DNA from: Shigella phage ESh16
Sequence record: ON528726
Length of the DNA stretch: 64,000 nt
Direction: 5' to 3' (one strand)
The notes below the pieces were generated by a model. It was not told the origin of the DNA, ran no database searches, and worked only from the letters and a program-made list of their open reading frames with translations. The position numbers and the translations under genes were made by a program. Within the stretch, counting starts at the first letter, position 1. Each line of letters starts with the position of its first letter. Of the stretch, positions 18,305 through 27,571 are shown piece after piece.

Positions 18305-18622
18305 ATGACTGATAAACCCGAAATTAATGATGAAGTGGAAAAGCTTATTTCTTCTATTGAAGAAAAGAACCGTCTTGAAGCAGAAAGAAAAGCAAATAAG
18401 TTATTGTCTAAAAACAAACGCGAACTGAACCGTCTTTATAAGCACGCTCAGATTGCAGCTGAAAACAATAATTTCGCTCAATACGAATATGCTATCAAGA
18501 AAAGTCGGGATATTCTAAAACAGCCATATAACGATGAACTCATTAGTATTCTTTGGAAGACTACTAGATCGCAGATTGAGGATATGATTGATGCTTACAC
18601 ACGTAAAATTCAAGCGTCTTAA
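18305..18622 (+). CDS. hypothetical helical protein (105 aa)
   Basis: ORF; charged helical sequence. Confidence 0.4.
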   Translation: MTDKPEINDEVEKLISSIEEKNRLEAERKANKLLSKNKRELNRLYKHAQIAAENNNFAQYEYAIKKSRDILKQPYNDELISILWKTTRSQIEDMIDAYTRKIQAS

Positions 18623-18794
18623 AATTAATGCAGGATTTACTGAATCTTTGAATGGTCATCTTTGCGTGAAAATTTCTGAAAAAGAATACCATGATAGTTC
18701 AATTAAAGAAGTTAATCCTCCTATTGTAAGAGCAGACCCTAATATGAAAGTGTGGGTTGATTCCTATCAAGTCAAAAAATGGTGGCAACTGTGA
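18588..18794 (+). CDS. hypothetical protein (68 aa)
   Basis: ORF overlapping previous gene. Confidence 0.3.
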   Translation: MMLTHVKFKRLKINAGFTESLNGHLCVKISEKEYHDSSIKEVNPPIVRADPNMKVWVDSYQVKKWWQL

Positions 18795-18797
18795 AAG

Positions 18798-18971
18798 ATG
18801 AACACCCAGACTTCTGAAATAGATTATAATAAAATTCGTTCCTCTAAAGTAGAAATGATGAGACGCTTTAAAGAGTCTCATGATAAAGCTAAAGCAGAAG
18901 GAACTATAACACATAAACGTATAAAATTTAGAAGCTCTAATGAGCCTCTGTATGGTGTATTATGCGGATAG
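18798..18971 (+). CDS. small hypothetical protein (57 aa)
   Basis: ATG 18798; stop inside terminator hairpin; below track threshold. Confidence 0.3.
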   Translation: MNTQTSEIDYNKIRSSKVEMMRRFKESHDKAKAEGTITHKRIKFRSSNEPLYGVLCG

Positions 18972-18990
18972 GAGCTTCGGCTCCTATATT
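18970..18990 (+). terminator. UUCG-loop hairpin (AGGAGC-TTCG-GCTCCT)
   Basis: Inverted repeat with TTCG loop, T-rich tail. Confidence 0.5.
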
Positions 18991-19037
18991 GCTTTATAAA
19001 TTTTTGGTAAAATAAACCAAAACAATGAGGATATTAA

Positions 19038-20240
19038 ATGAAAGTATGCATTTTTATGGCTCGAGGTCTTGAAGGTTGCGGCGTAACTAAATTTTCTCTC
19101 GAGCAGCGTGATTGGTTTATTAAAAATGGTCATGAAGTAACTTTGGTTTATGCTAAAGATAAATCATTTACTCGTAATTGCGCGCATGATTATAAATCAT
19201 TTTCAATTCCGGTTTTATTGGCAAAAGAATACGATAAAACACTTAAGCTGGTAAATGATTGTGATATTCTAATTATCAATTCAGTTCCTGCTACTTCAGT
19301 CGAAGAAGACACTATTAATAACTATAAAAAAATTATTGATAACATTAAACCTTCGGTTCGTGTTGTAGTTTATCAACATGACCATTCTTCTCTTTCTTTG
19401 CGCCGAAATTTGGGATTAGAAGAAACTGTTCGTCGAGCTGATGTTATTTTTAGCCATTCTGATAATGGCGATTTTAATAAAGTTTTGATGAAAGAATGGT
19501 ATCCAGAAACAGTTTCTCTGTTTGATGATATTGAAGAAGCACCGACTGTATACAACTTTCAGCCTCCTATGGATATTGCGAAGGTTCGATCAACATACTG
19601 GAAAGATGTTTCTGAAATTAATATGAATGTCAACCGTTGGATTGGTCGTACGACTACATGGAAAGGTTTTTATCAGATGTTTGATTTTCACGAAAAACAT
19701 CTTAAACCTGCAGGACTAAGTACTATTATGGAAGGTCTGGAACGTTCTCCAGCGTTCATTCCTATTAAAGAAAAAGGAATTCCATATGAGTATTATCGTC
19801 TTCATCAAGTAGACCAAATTAAAATTGCTCCTAATTTGCCAACGCAAATTCTTGACCGTTATGTAAATAGCGAAATGCTTGAACGTATGAGTAAATCCGG
19901 ATTTGGTTATCAGTTGAGTAAGTTGGATAAAAAATATCTACAACGTTCTTTAGAATATACTCATCTCGAGCTTGGTGCGTGCGGAACAATTCCAGTATTT
20001 TGGAAATCTACTGGCGAAAATTTAAAATTCCGTGTTGATAATACTCCGTTAATTTCTCATGATAGCGGTATCGTTTGGTTTGATGAAAATGACATGGAAT
20101 CAACATTTGAGCGTATTAAAGAACTGTCATCTGACCGAACTCTTTATGACCGTGAACGCGAAAAAGCTTATGAATTTTTGTATCAGCATCAAGATTCAAG
20201 CTTCTGCTTTAAAGAACAGTTTGACATTATTACAAAATAA
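19038..20240 (+). CDS. a-gt: DNA alpha-glucosyltransferase (400 aa)
   Basis: CIFMARGLEGCGVTKFSLEQRDWFIKNGHEVTLVYAKDK as recalled for T4 alpha-gt; length 400 aa. Confidence 0.92.
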   Translation: MKVCIFMARGLEGCGVTKFSLEQRDWFIKNGHEVTLVYAKDKSFTRNCAHDYKSFSIPVLLAKEYDKTLKLVNDCDILIINSVPATSVEEDTINNYKKIIDNIKPSVRVVVYQHDHSSLSLRRNLGLEETVRRADVIFSHSDNGDFNKVLMKEWYPETVSLFDDIEEAPTVYNFQPPMDIAKVRSTYWKDVSEINMNVNRWIGRTTTWKGFYQMFDFHEKHLKPAGLSTIMEGLERSPAFIPIKEKGIPYEYYRLHQVDQIKIAPNLPTQILDRYVNSEMLERMSKSGFGYQLSKLDKKYLQRSLEYTHLELGACGTIPVFWKSTGENLKFRVDNTPLISHDSGIVWFDENDMESTFERIKELSSDRTLYDREREKAYEFLYQHQDSSFCFKEQFDIITK

Positions 20241-20241
20241 A

Positions 20242-20256
20242 GGGCTTCGGCCCTTT
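20242..20256 (+). terminator. rho-independent terminator (GGGC-UUCG-GCCC)
   Basis: GGGCTTCGGCCCTTT after alpha-gt stop. Confidence 0.55.
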
Positions 20257-20279
20257 AGCTTTATACGGAGTTTGATATA

Positions 20280-20420
20280 ATGACATTTCTTGGATATGTG
20301 ATACTTTTTCTCGCATTTTATCTATTCACTAGAGCATGTTGGATTGGGTTCTTTAGCACTCCAGATGGATTTATTTCAATAATTTTATTTTGCATTTCAA
20401 TGACGGTTCTTGATATATGA
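20280..20420 (+). CDS. small membrane protein (46 aa)
   Basis: Hydrophobic ORF; stop overlaps seg-like ATG (ATATGA); AT-rich. Confidence 0.25.
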   Translation: MTFLGYVILFLAFYLFTRACWIGFFSTPDGFISIILFCISMTVLDI

Positions 20421-20908
20421 AAAAATATATAACTTATTTAACAATATATAGTGGAGATAAACTTCCTCCTTTTTATATTGGATCTACGTCTTTAGATAGG
20501 CATTTAGCTGGATATCATGGTTCAGTTTTATCTAAAAAGTATAAGAAAATTTATAATAAAGAGCTTTCAGATAATCCTCACTTATTTGATTCATGCATTT
20601 TAGCTGAATTTGATACGCGTGAAGAAGCTATTAAATGCGAGTTATATTATCAACGATTGCATGATGCAGTTAAAAATCCATTATTCTTTAATATGTCATA
20701 TGCTGCTCCAAAAGGTTCATTTGGAAGAGATAATAAAGGACAAAATCATCCATTATATGGTTCTCATAATTGTAAAGGAAATATACATTCACATGATCCA
20801 TTAACAGGAAAATCTGCCTTTTTACCTTATATTCCAGAAGGTTATGTAAAAGGAAGGTCAAATAAATTTAAAGCTTCATCACATAATAAAGGTAAAAAAA
20901 TGGTATAA
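20417..20908 (+). CDS. GIY-YIG homing-endonuclease-like (seg-like) protein, apparently truncated by frameshift (163 aa)
   Basis: N-terminal KYITYLTIYSGDKLPPFYIGSTS resembles the GIY...YIG motif; AT-rich codons; A7 run at 20894-20900 and the +1 frame stays open to 21041. Confidence 0.5.
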   Translation: MKKYITYLTIYSGDKLPPFYIGSTSLDRHLAGYHGSVLSKKYKKIYNKELSDNPHLFDSCILAEFDTREEAIKCELYYQRLHDAVKNPLFFNMSYAAPKGSFGRDNKGQNHPLYGSHNCKGNIHSHDPLTGKSAFLPYIPEGYVKGRSNKFKASSHNKGKKMV

Positions 20909-21041
20909 TAACGGAGTTAAGCAAATGTTATGTCATGAACCTCCTGGTCCTGAATGGGCAAAAGGAAAAATTAAAGAACTGGTTTCAAAAGCAGCTAAAT
21001 TAGGATGGAAAAGACATCATGAAAATACTAAACTTGGGTGA
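20417..21041 (+). mobile_element. seg-like homing endonuclease gene cassette between alpha-gt and gene 47
   Basis: GIY-YIG-like ORF plus downstream +1-frame extension; T4 as I recall has no seg gene at this position. Confidence 0.4.
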
Positions 21042-22038
21042 TTGGCATTTAGGCGTTAAAGCTGATGATGAGTGGATTCGCGGTATTCAAATTGATGGAA
21101 TTAAGCAAGCGATAGAATATTCTAAGAAAAATGGAATTACGGTATGGATTCAATATGGTGATATTTTTGATGTGCGAAAAGCGATCACGCATAAAACAAT
21201 GGAGTTTGCCCGTGAAATAGTTCAAATGCTTGATGACGCTGGAATCACATTACATACTATTGTAGGAAATCACGATCTCCACTACAAAAATGTAATGCAT
21301 CCAAATGCTTCTACTGAGCTTTTGGCTAAATATCCTAATGTTAAAGTATATGATAAGCCTACTACAGTAGATTTTGACGGATGTTTGATTGATTTAATTC
21401 CTTGGATGTGTGAAGAAAATACTGGTGAAATTCTTGAACATATCAAAACTTCATCTGCTTCTTTTTGTGTTGGTCACTGGGAACTGAATGGATTTTATTT
21501 TTATAAAGGAATGAAATCTCACGGTCTTGAACCTGATTTCCTTAAGACTTATAAAGAGGTGTGGTCTGGTCACTTCCATACTATCTCTGAGGCTGCTAAT
21601 GTCAGATATATTGGGACACCATGGACACTAACTGCAGGTGACGAGAATGACCCTCGCGGGTTCTGGATGTTTGATACAGAAACAGAACGAATGGAATTTA
21701 TTCCAAACAACACTACCTGGCATCGTCGAATTCAATATCCATTTAAGGGAAAAATTGACTATAAAGATTTTACAAATCTATCAGTACGTGTTATAGTAAC
21801 TGAAGTAGACAAAAATCTAACGAAGTTCGAATCTGAACTAGAAAAAGTTGTGCATTCATTACGAGTTGTGTCAAAGATTGATAACTCTGTCGAGTCAGAT
21901 GATAGTGAAGAAGTTGAAGTTCAATCTCTTCAGACATTGATGGAAGAATACATTAATGCAATTCCAGACATCACTGATTCTGATCGCGAAGCACTTATTC
22001 AATATGCAAATCAGTTATATGTAGAGGCAACACAATGA
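21019..22038 (+). CDS. 47: recombination nuclease subunit gp47, Mre11/SbcD-like (339 aa)
   Basis: N-terminal LNLGDWHLG and GNHD phosphoesterase motifs; length as recalled for T4 gp47. Confidence 0.92.
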   Translation: MKILNLGDWHLGVKADDEWIRGIQIDGIKQAIEYSKKNGITVWIQYGDIFDVRKAITHKTMEFAREIVQMLDDAGITLHTIVGNHDLHYKNVMHPNASTELLAKYPNVKVYDKPTTVDFDGCLIDLIPWMCEENTGEILEHIKTSSASFCVGHWELNGFYFYKGMKSHGLEPDFLKTYKEVWSGHFHTISEAANVRYIGTPWTLTAGDENDPRGFWMFDTETERMEFIPNNTTWHRRIQYPFKGKIDYKDFTNLSVRVIVTEVDKNLTKFESELEKVVHSLRVVSKIDNSVESDDSEEVEVQSLQTLMEEYINAIPDITDSDREALIQYANQLYVEATQ

Positions 22039-22298
22039 CTTTTGATGAATTTAAAAATGTTATGATGAGTCAGCATTTTGAATGCGAAGTAAAAGATGAT
22101 ATTGGGCATAAAGAAATTATTGAATATTGGTTTGAACCGCTAGAGGTTGAAGATAATTGTATTAAAAAGGTTACGGTCTGCACTGACTGGGCTGTATCTT
22201 TTAACTTCAACATTTTAGATAATGACACACCTAAATCATTACAAGATATGGCTGTATCTTGTATTAAGGATGCATACTGTGAAGTTTTCGACATTTGA
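22035..22298 (+). CDS. hypothetical protein (87 aa)
   Basis: ATGA overlap with gene 47 stop. Confidence 0.35.
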   Translation: MTFDEFKNVMMSQHFECEVKDDIGHKEIIEYWFEPLEVEDNCIKKVTVCTDWAVSFNFNILDNDTPKSLQDMAVSCIKDAYCEVFDI

Positions 22299-22485
22299 CA
22301 TTAACGATGAATTCATAGCAAATATTGATTACACCGAAGAAGATTCTAGATATGTTGGAATAATTTATATCACATCAAAATCAGCACAAGGTGTTGTTTG
22401 CATGGCTGAATTTGATGAATACTTTTTAGATTATGATGATATGATAGAATGGTCTAAAAGATACATTAAAAGGAATCTTTTGTGA
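22222..22485 (+). CDS. hypothetical protein (87 aa)
   Basis: ORF overlapping neighbours; start uncertain. Confidence 0.3.
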   Translation: MTHLNHYKIWLYLVLRMHTVKFSTFDINDEFIANIDYTEEDSRYVGIIYITSKSAQGVVCMAEFDEYFLDYDDMIEWSKRYIKRNLL

Positions 22486-24164
22486 AGAATTTTAAACTAA
22501 ACCGAGTTAGGTATCAAAATATAATGTCAGTAGGTGGAAATCCTATTGACATTCAACTAGATAAGGTTCAAAAAACTCTTATTACTGGACGAAATGGTGG
22601 TGGTAAGTCTACTATGTTAGAAGCCATCACATTTGGGCTTTTTGGCAAGCCATTTCGTGATGTAAAGAAAGGTCAATTAATAAACAGCACAAATAAGAAA
22701 GAACTTTTAGTTGAACTGTGGATGGAATATGATGAGAAAAAGTACTATATCAAAAGAGGACAAAAACCAAACGTTTTCGAAATCACCGTTAACGGTACAC
22801 GTCTTAATGAATCTGCCAGCAGTAAAGATTTCCAAGCAGAATTTGAACAGCTTATCGGAATGTCATATGCCAGTTTCAAGCAGATTGTTGTCCTTGGTAC
22901 AGCAGGGTATACCCCTTTCATGGGTTTGTCGACCCCTGCACGAAGAAAGCTTGTGGAAGACCTGCTCGAGGTAGGAACATTAGCTGAAATGGATAAGCTT
23001 AATAAAGCACTAATACGTGAATTAAATTCACAAAACCAAGTGCTTGATGTTAAAAAAGATAGTATTATCCAACAAATTAAAATATATAATGATAACGTTG
23101 AACGCCAGAAAAAATTAACTGGTGATAACCTTACTCGTCTACAGAATATGTATGATGATTTGGCAAAAGAAGCTAGAACGCTAAAATCGGAAATAGAAGA
23201 AGCTAATGAAAGATTAGTTAATATTGTTTTGGATGAAGACCCGACTGATGCATTTAATAAAATCGGCCAAGAAGCATTTTTAATTAAATCAAAAATTGAC
23301 TCGTATAATAAAGTCATTAATATGTATCACGAAGGTGGATTATGTCCAACCTGTTTGTCACAATTAAGTTCCGGTGATAAAGTTGTTTCTAAAATTAAAG
23401 ATAAAGTTTCTGAATGCACGCATTCGTTTGAACAGCTTTCAACACATCGTGATAATTTAAAAGTTCTCGTTGATGAATACCGAGATAATATTAAAACCCA
23501 ACAGACGTTGGCAAATGATATTCGCAATAAAAAGCAATCTCTAATCACGACTGTAGATAAAGCTAAAAAAGTTAAAGCAGCTATAGAAAAAGCATCATCC
23601 GAGTTTATTGACCATGCTGATGAAATAGCACTGCTTCAAGAAGAACTTGATAAAATTGTTAAGACAAAAACTAATTTAGTAATGGAAAAATACCACAGAG
23701 GAATTTTGACTGATATGCTCAAAGATTCTGGTATTAAAGGTGCTATTATTAAAAAGTACATTCCATTATTTAATAAGCAGATTAACCATTATCTTAAAAT
23801 AATGGAAGCGGATTATGTGTTTACATTAGATGAAGAATTTAATGAGACAATTAAATCCCGTGGTCGTGAAGATTTTAGTTATGCTTCATTCAGTCAAGGC
23901 GAAAAAGCACGAATTGATATTGCTCTTCTATTTACTTGGCGTGATATTGCTGAAAAAGTTTCAGGTGTTAAAATAAACACACTAATTCTCGATGAAGTTT
24001 TTGATTCAGCAACTGATGTTGAAGGTGTAAAAGCTATTTCAACTATTTTAGATAGTTTAAAAAATACTAATGTTTTTGTTATTTCACATAGAGACCACGA
24101 CCCGCAAGCATATGGTCAGCATCTTCAAATGAAGAAAGTTGGTCGATTTACTGTAATGGTTTAA
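22482..24164 (+). CDS. 46: recombination nuclease subunit gp46, Rad50/SbcC-like ATPase (560 aa)
   Basis: GTG start; Walker A GRNGGGKST; central coiled coil with CPTC zinc hook; C-terminal LILDEVFD Walker B. Confidence 0.92.
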   Translation: MKNFKLNRVRYQNIMSVGGNPIDIQLDKVQKTLITGRNGGGKSTMLEAITFGLFGKPFRDVKKGQLINSTNKKELLVELWMEYDEKKYYIKRGQKPNVFEITVNGTRLNESASSKDFQAEFEQLIGMSYASFKQIVVLGTAGYTPFMGLSTPARRKLVEDLLEVGTLAEMDKLNKALIRELNSQNQVLDVKKDSIIQQIKIYNDNVERQKKLTGDNLTRLQNMYDDLAKEARTLKSEIEEANERLVNIVLDEDPTDAFNKIGQEAFLIKSKIDSYNKVINMYHEGGLCPTCLSQLSSGDKVVSKIKDKVSECTHSFEQLSTHRDNLKVLVDEYRDNIKTQQTLANDIRNKKQSLITTVDKAKKVKAAIEKASSEFIDHADEIALLQEELDKIVKTKTNLVMEKYHRGILTDMLKDSGIKGAIIKKYIPLFNKQINHYLKIMEADYVFTLDEEFNETIKSRGREDFSYASFSQGEKARIDIALLFTWRDIAEKVSGVKINTLILDEVFDSATDVEGVKAISTILDSLKNTNVFVISHRDHDPQAYGQHLQMKKVGRFTVMV

Positions 24165-24219
24165 TTTATAAGAGATTATGCTTTAATTTATTAGAGTATA
24201 ATCTCTATGGAGGAAAAAC

Positions 24220-24408
24220 ATGGAATATTCAACTGGACAGCATCTATTAACTATTCCTGAAATAAAACGATATATTCTGAGAAATAATTTTTCTAATGAA
24301 GAGCATATAGTTACTGAATCTATGCTTAAGAATGCATTTAAAGCAGAATATACGAAAATAATGTCCAACAGAAATGAAGCTTGGACTGTTACTGATTATT
24401 ATGACTAA
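24220..24408 (+). CDS. hypothetical protein (62 aa)
   Basis: ORF with SD GGAGGAAAAACATG. Confidence 0.35.
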   Translation: MEYSTGQHLLTIPEIKRYILRNNFSNEEHIVTESMLKNAFKAEYTKIMSNRNEAWTVTDYYD

Positions 24409-24417
24409 AGGTGTATT

Positions 24418-24807
24418 ATGACTAAAATTACTGTGAATTATACTGTTGATGTAAAAGATATTCAGCCAAAACACGTGCGTTCTGATTCAAATCCACAAAA
24501 CCAAAATAAAATTCGTCGAGCATGGGTTTTGTCTCTTTCTGATAACGCAATGGAAGTTATTCAGAATAAAATTAAATCTGCACCTGCTCGTCATGCGTAT
24601 TATGAAGCTATCGATCGTGAAGTAAGTAATAAATGGATTGAACTAATGCGCAAACATACGACAGAATCTTTAAATGCTGGTGCTAAATTTATTATGACTT
24701 CATGTGGTGAACGCCTTGAAGATGATTATTGCGGTAATGCAGATGAACGTCTAATTGTTGCTGCTCAAATTGTTGCGGAAACAATTGCTTCTGATTTTAA
24801 TCGTTAA
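24418..24807 (+). CDS. rpbA: RNA polymerase-binding protein RpbA (129 aa)
   Basis: Length and position between 46 and 45 as recalled for T4 rpbA. Confidence 0.7.
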   Translation: MTKITVNYTVDVKDIQPKHVRSDSNPQNQNKIRRAWVLSLSDNAMEVIQNKIKSAPARHAYYEAIDREVSNKWIELMRKHTTESLNAGAKFIMTSCGERLEDDYCGNADERLIVAAQIVAETIASDFNR

Positions 24808-24862
24808 TTGCTTTATTAAATTAGTTATAAAATTAAATCTCATTTGAATTGAAGGAAATTAC

Positions 24863-25549
24863 ATGAAACTGTCTAAAGATACTACTGCTCTGCTTAAAAA
24901 TTTCGCTACTATTAACTCTGGTATTATGCTTAAATCTGGTCAATTTATTATGACTCGCGCAGTTAATGGTACAACTTATGCGGAAGCAAATATTTCTGAC
25001 ACTATTGATTTTGATGTAGCAATTTACGATTTGAACGGTTTTCTCGGTATTCTGTCCCTAGTTAATGACGATGCAGAAATTTCCCAGTCAGAAGATGGAA
25101 ATATTAAAATTGCTGATGCTCGTTCAACAATTTTTTGGCCAGCAGCTGATCCGAGCACAGTAGTGGCTCCTAATAAACCAATTCCATTCCCGGTAGCATC
25201 TGTTGTTACTGAAATTAAAGCTGAAGACCTTCAACAACTGTTGCGTGTATCTCGTGGTCTGCAGATTGATACAATTGCTATCACAATAAAAGAAGGTAAA
25301 ATCGTAATTAACGGTTTTAATAAAGTAGAAGATTCTGCTTTGACCCGTGTTAAATATTCTTTGACTCTTGGTGATTATGACGGTGAAAATACATTTAATT
25401 TCATTATCAATATGGCAAATATGAAAATGCAACCAGGAAATTATAAACTTCTGCTCTGGGCAAAAGGTAAACAAGGTGCTGCTAAATTTGAAGGTGAACA
25501 CGCGAATTATGTAGTAGCTCTTGAAGCTGATTCTACCCACGATTTTTAA
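24863..25549 (+). CDS. 45: sliding clamp gp45 (228 aa)
   Basis: MKLSKDTTALLKNFATINSGIMLKSGQFIMTRAVNGTTYAEANISD as recalled for T4 gp45. Confidence 0.95.
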   Translation: MKLSKDTTALLKNFATINSGIMLKSGQFIMTRAVNGTTYAEANISDTIDFDVAIYDLNGFLGILSLVNDDAEISQSEDGNIKIADARSTIFWPAADPSTVVAPNKPIPFPVASVVTEIKAEDLQQLLRVSRGLQIDTIAITIKEGKIVINGFNKVEDSALTRVKYSLTLGDYDGENTFNFIINMANMKMQPGNYKLLLWAKGKQGAAKFEGEHANYVVALEADSTHDF

Positions 25550-25553
25550 TAAA

Positions 25554-25566
25554 GGGCTTCGGCCCT
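25554..25566 (+). terminator. UUCG-loop hairpin GGGC-TTCG-GCCC
   Basis: Hairpin after gene 45; T-run weak. Confidence 0.4.
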
Positions 25567-25598
25567 TAAATTTACACTAAAACTTGAATGAGGAAATT

Positions 25599-26558
25599 AT
25601 GATTACTGTAAATGAAAAAGAACACATTCTTGAACAGAAATATCGTCCATCTACTATCGATGAATGTATTCTTCCCGCCTTTGATAAAGAAACCTTTAAA
25701 TCTATTACAAGTAAAGGTAAAATTCCACATATTATTCTTCATTCTCCTTCTCCAGGAACAGGTAAAACAACTGTAGCAAAAGCATTGTGTCATGATGTAA
25801 ATGCTGATATGATGTTTGTGAATGGGTCAGATTGTAAAATTGATTTCGTTCGTGGTCCTTTGACTAATTTTGCTAGTGCAGCTTCATTTGATGGTCGTCA
25901 AAAAGTAATTGTTATTGATGAATTTGACCGTTCAGGATTAGCAGAGTCTCAGCGGCATCTTCGTTCCTTTATGGAAGCTTATAGTTCAAACTGCAGTATT
26001 ATTATTACTGCTAACAATATTGATGGTATTATTAAACCGCTTCAGTCACGCTGCCGAGTTATTACGTTCGGTCAACCGACCGATGAAGATAAAATTGAAA
26101 TGATGAAGCAGATGATTCGTCGGTTGACTGAAATCTGTAAGCATGAAGGAATTGCTATAGCTGATATGAAAGTTGTAGCAGCTTTGGTTAAAAAGAATTT
26201 TCCTGATTTTCGTAAAACTATTGGTGAGCTCGATAGTTATTCATCTAAAGGTGTTTTGGATGCTGGTATTTTATCACTGGTTACTAACGATCGTGGTGCT
26301 ATTGATGATGTTCTTGAGTCTCTCAAAAATAAAGATGTTAAACAACTCAGAGCTTTAGCACCAAAATATGCAGCTGATTATTCGTGGTTCGTTGGTAAGC
26401 TTGCCGAAGAAATCTATACACGCGTAACTCCGCAAAGTATTATTCGTATGTATGAAATTGTTGGTGAAAATAACCAGTATCATGGAATTGCGGCTAATAC
26501 GGAATTACATTTAGCATATCTTTTCATTCAATTAGCATGCGAAATGCAGTGGAAGTGA
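25599..26558 (+). CDS. 44: clamp loader large subunit gp44 (319 aa)
   Basis: [26 protein letters not shown] and Walker [11 protein letters not shown]; ATG 25599 (track ORF starts at upstream TTG). Confidence 0.95.
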   Translation: MITVNEKEHILEQKYRPSTIDECILPAFDKETFKSITSKGKIPHIILHSPSPGTGKTTVAKALCHDVNADMMFVNGSDCKIDFVRGPLTNFASAASFDGRQKVIVIDEFDRSGLAESQRHLRSFMEAYSSNCSIIITANNIDGIIKPLQSRCRVITFGQPTDEDKIEMMKQMIRRLTEICKHEGIAIADMKVVAALVKKNFPDFRKTIGELDSYSSKGVLDAGILSLVTNDRGAIDDVLESLKNKDVKQLRALAPKYAADYSWFVGKLAEEIYTRVTPQSIIRMYEIVGENNQYHGIAANTELHLAYLFIQLACEMQWK

Positions 26559-26559
26559 T

Positions 26560-27123
26560 ATGAGCTTATTTGAAGATGATATTCAATTAAACGAGCATCA
26601 AGTTGCTTGGTATTCAAAAGATTGGACAGCTGTCCAATCTGCTGCTGATTCTTTTAAGGAAAAAGCTGAAAATGAATTTTTTGAAATAATTGGAGCTATT
26701 AATAATAAAACTAAATGCTCTATTGCTCAAAAAGATTATTCAAAATACATGGTTGAGAATGCATTATCACAATTTCCTGAATGCATGCCAGCTGTATATG
26801 CTATGAATTTAATTGGATCAGGTTTAAGCGATGAAGCCCATTTTAATTATCTGATGGCTGCTGTTCCTCGTGGTAAAAGATATGGTAAATGGGCAAAACT
26901 GGTTGAAGATTCTACTGAAGTATTGATTATTAAGTTACTTGCTAAGCGGTATCAAGTTAATACAAATGATGCAATTAACTATAAATCAATTCTTGCTAAA
27001 AATGGAAAACTTCCTTTAGTATTAAAAGAACTAAAAGGTTTAGTCACGGATGATTTTTTGAAAGAAGTGACTAAGAATGTAAAAGAACAGAAACAACTCA
27101 AAAAACTAGCATTGGAATGGTAA
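26560..27123 (+). CDS. 62: clamp loader small subunit gp62 (187 aa)
   Basis: Follows gp44 with 1-nt spacing; length as recalled for T4 gp62. Confidence 0.9.
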   Translation: MSLFEDDIQLNEHQVAWYSKDWTAVQSAADSFKEKAENEFFEIIGAINNKTKCSIAQKDYSKYMVENALSQFPECMPAVYAMNLIGSGLSDEAHFNYLMAAVPRGKRYGKWAKLVEDSTEVLIIKLLAKRYQVNTNDAINYKSILAKNGKLPLVLKELKGLVTDDFLKEVTKNVKEQKQLKKLALEW

Positions 27124-27124
27124 A

Positions 27125-27493
27125 ATGATTGAAATTACTCTTAAAAAACCTGAAGATTTTCTGAAAGTAAAAGAAACTTTGACTCGTATGGGAATTGCTA
27201 ATAATAAAGATAAAGTTCTGTATCAGTCCTGTCATATTCTTCAGAAAAAAGGACTATACTATATCGTTCATTTTAAAGAAATGCTTCGTATGGATGGCCG
27301 TCAGGTTGAAATGACAGAAGAAGATGAAGTTCGTCGTGATTCGATTGCGTGGCTGTTAGAAGATTGGGGACTGATTGAAATCGTTCCTGGTCAAAGAACT
27401 TTTATGAAAGATTTAACTAATAACTTCCGAGTTATTTCTTTTAAACAAAAACATGAATGGAAACTCGTTCCAAAATATACGATTGGTAATTAA
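27125..27493 (+). CDS. regA: translational repressor RegA (122 aa)
   Basis: MIEITLKKPEDFLKVKETLTRMGIANNKDKVLYQSCHILQKKGLYYIVHFKEM as recalled for T4 RegA. Confidence 0.95.
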   Translation: MIEITLKKPEDFLKVKETLTRMGIANNKDKVLYQSCHILQKKGLYYIVHFKEMLRMDGRQVEMTEEDEVRRDSIAWLLEDWGLIEIVPGQRTFMKDLTNNFRVISFKQKHEWKLVPKYTIGN

Positions 27494-27496
27494 GCA

Positions 27497-27513
27497 AGGG
27501 GCTTCGGCCCCTT
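27497..27513 (+). terminator. rho-independent terminator (GGGGC-UUCG-GCCCC)
   Basis: AGGGGCTTCGGCCCCTTATTT after regA. Confidence 0.55.
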
Positions 27514-27534
27514 ATTTGGAGTATAATATATCAA

Positions 27535-27571
27535 GAGCCTAATAACTCGGGCTATAAACTAAGGAATATCT
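27535..27571 (+). promoter_or_regulatory. gene 43 translational operator (hairpin with AAUAACUC loop plus SD)
   Basis: GAGCC-TAATAACT-CGGGCT hairpin then AAGGA SD and ATG 27572; matches the T4 gp43 autoregulatory operator as I recall it. Confidence 0.7.

Noticed and set aside
22745-23317. 190-aa minus-strand ORF inside gene 46, and similar minus-strand ORFs in the track (for example 25124-25540 in gene 45, 28676-28963 in gene 43, 49952-50368, 59016-59366)
   Set aside because: Fully embedded antisense to confidently identified, conserved + strand genes; AT-rich genomes generate long antisense shadow ORFs; no SD or promoter seen
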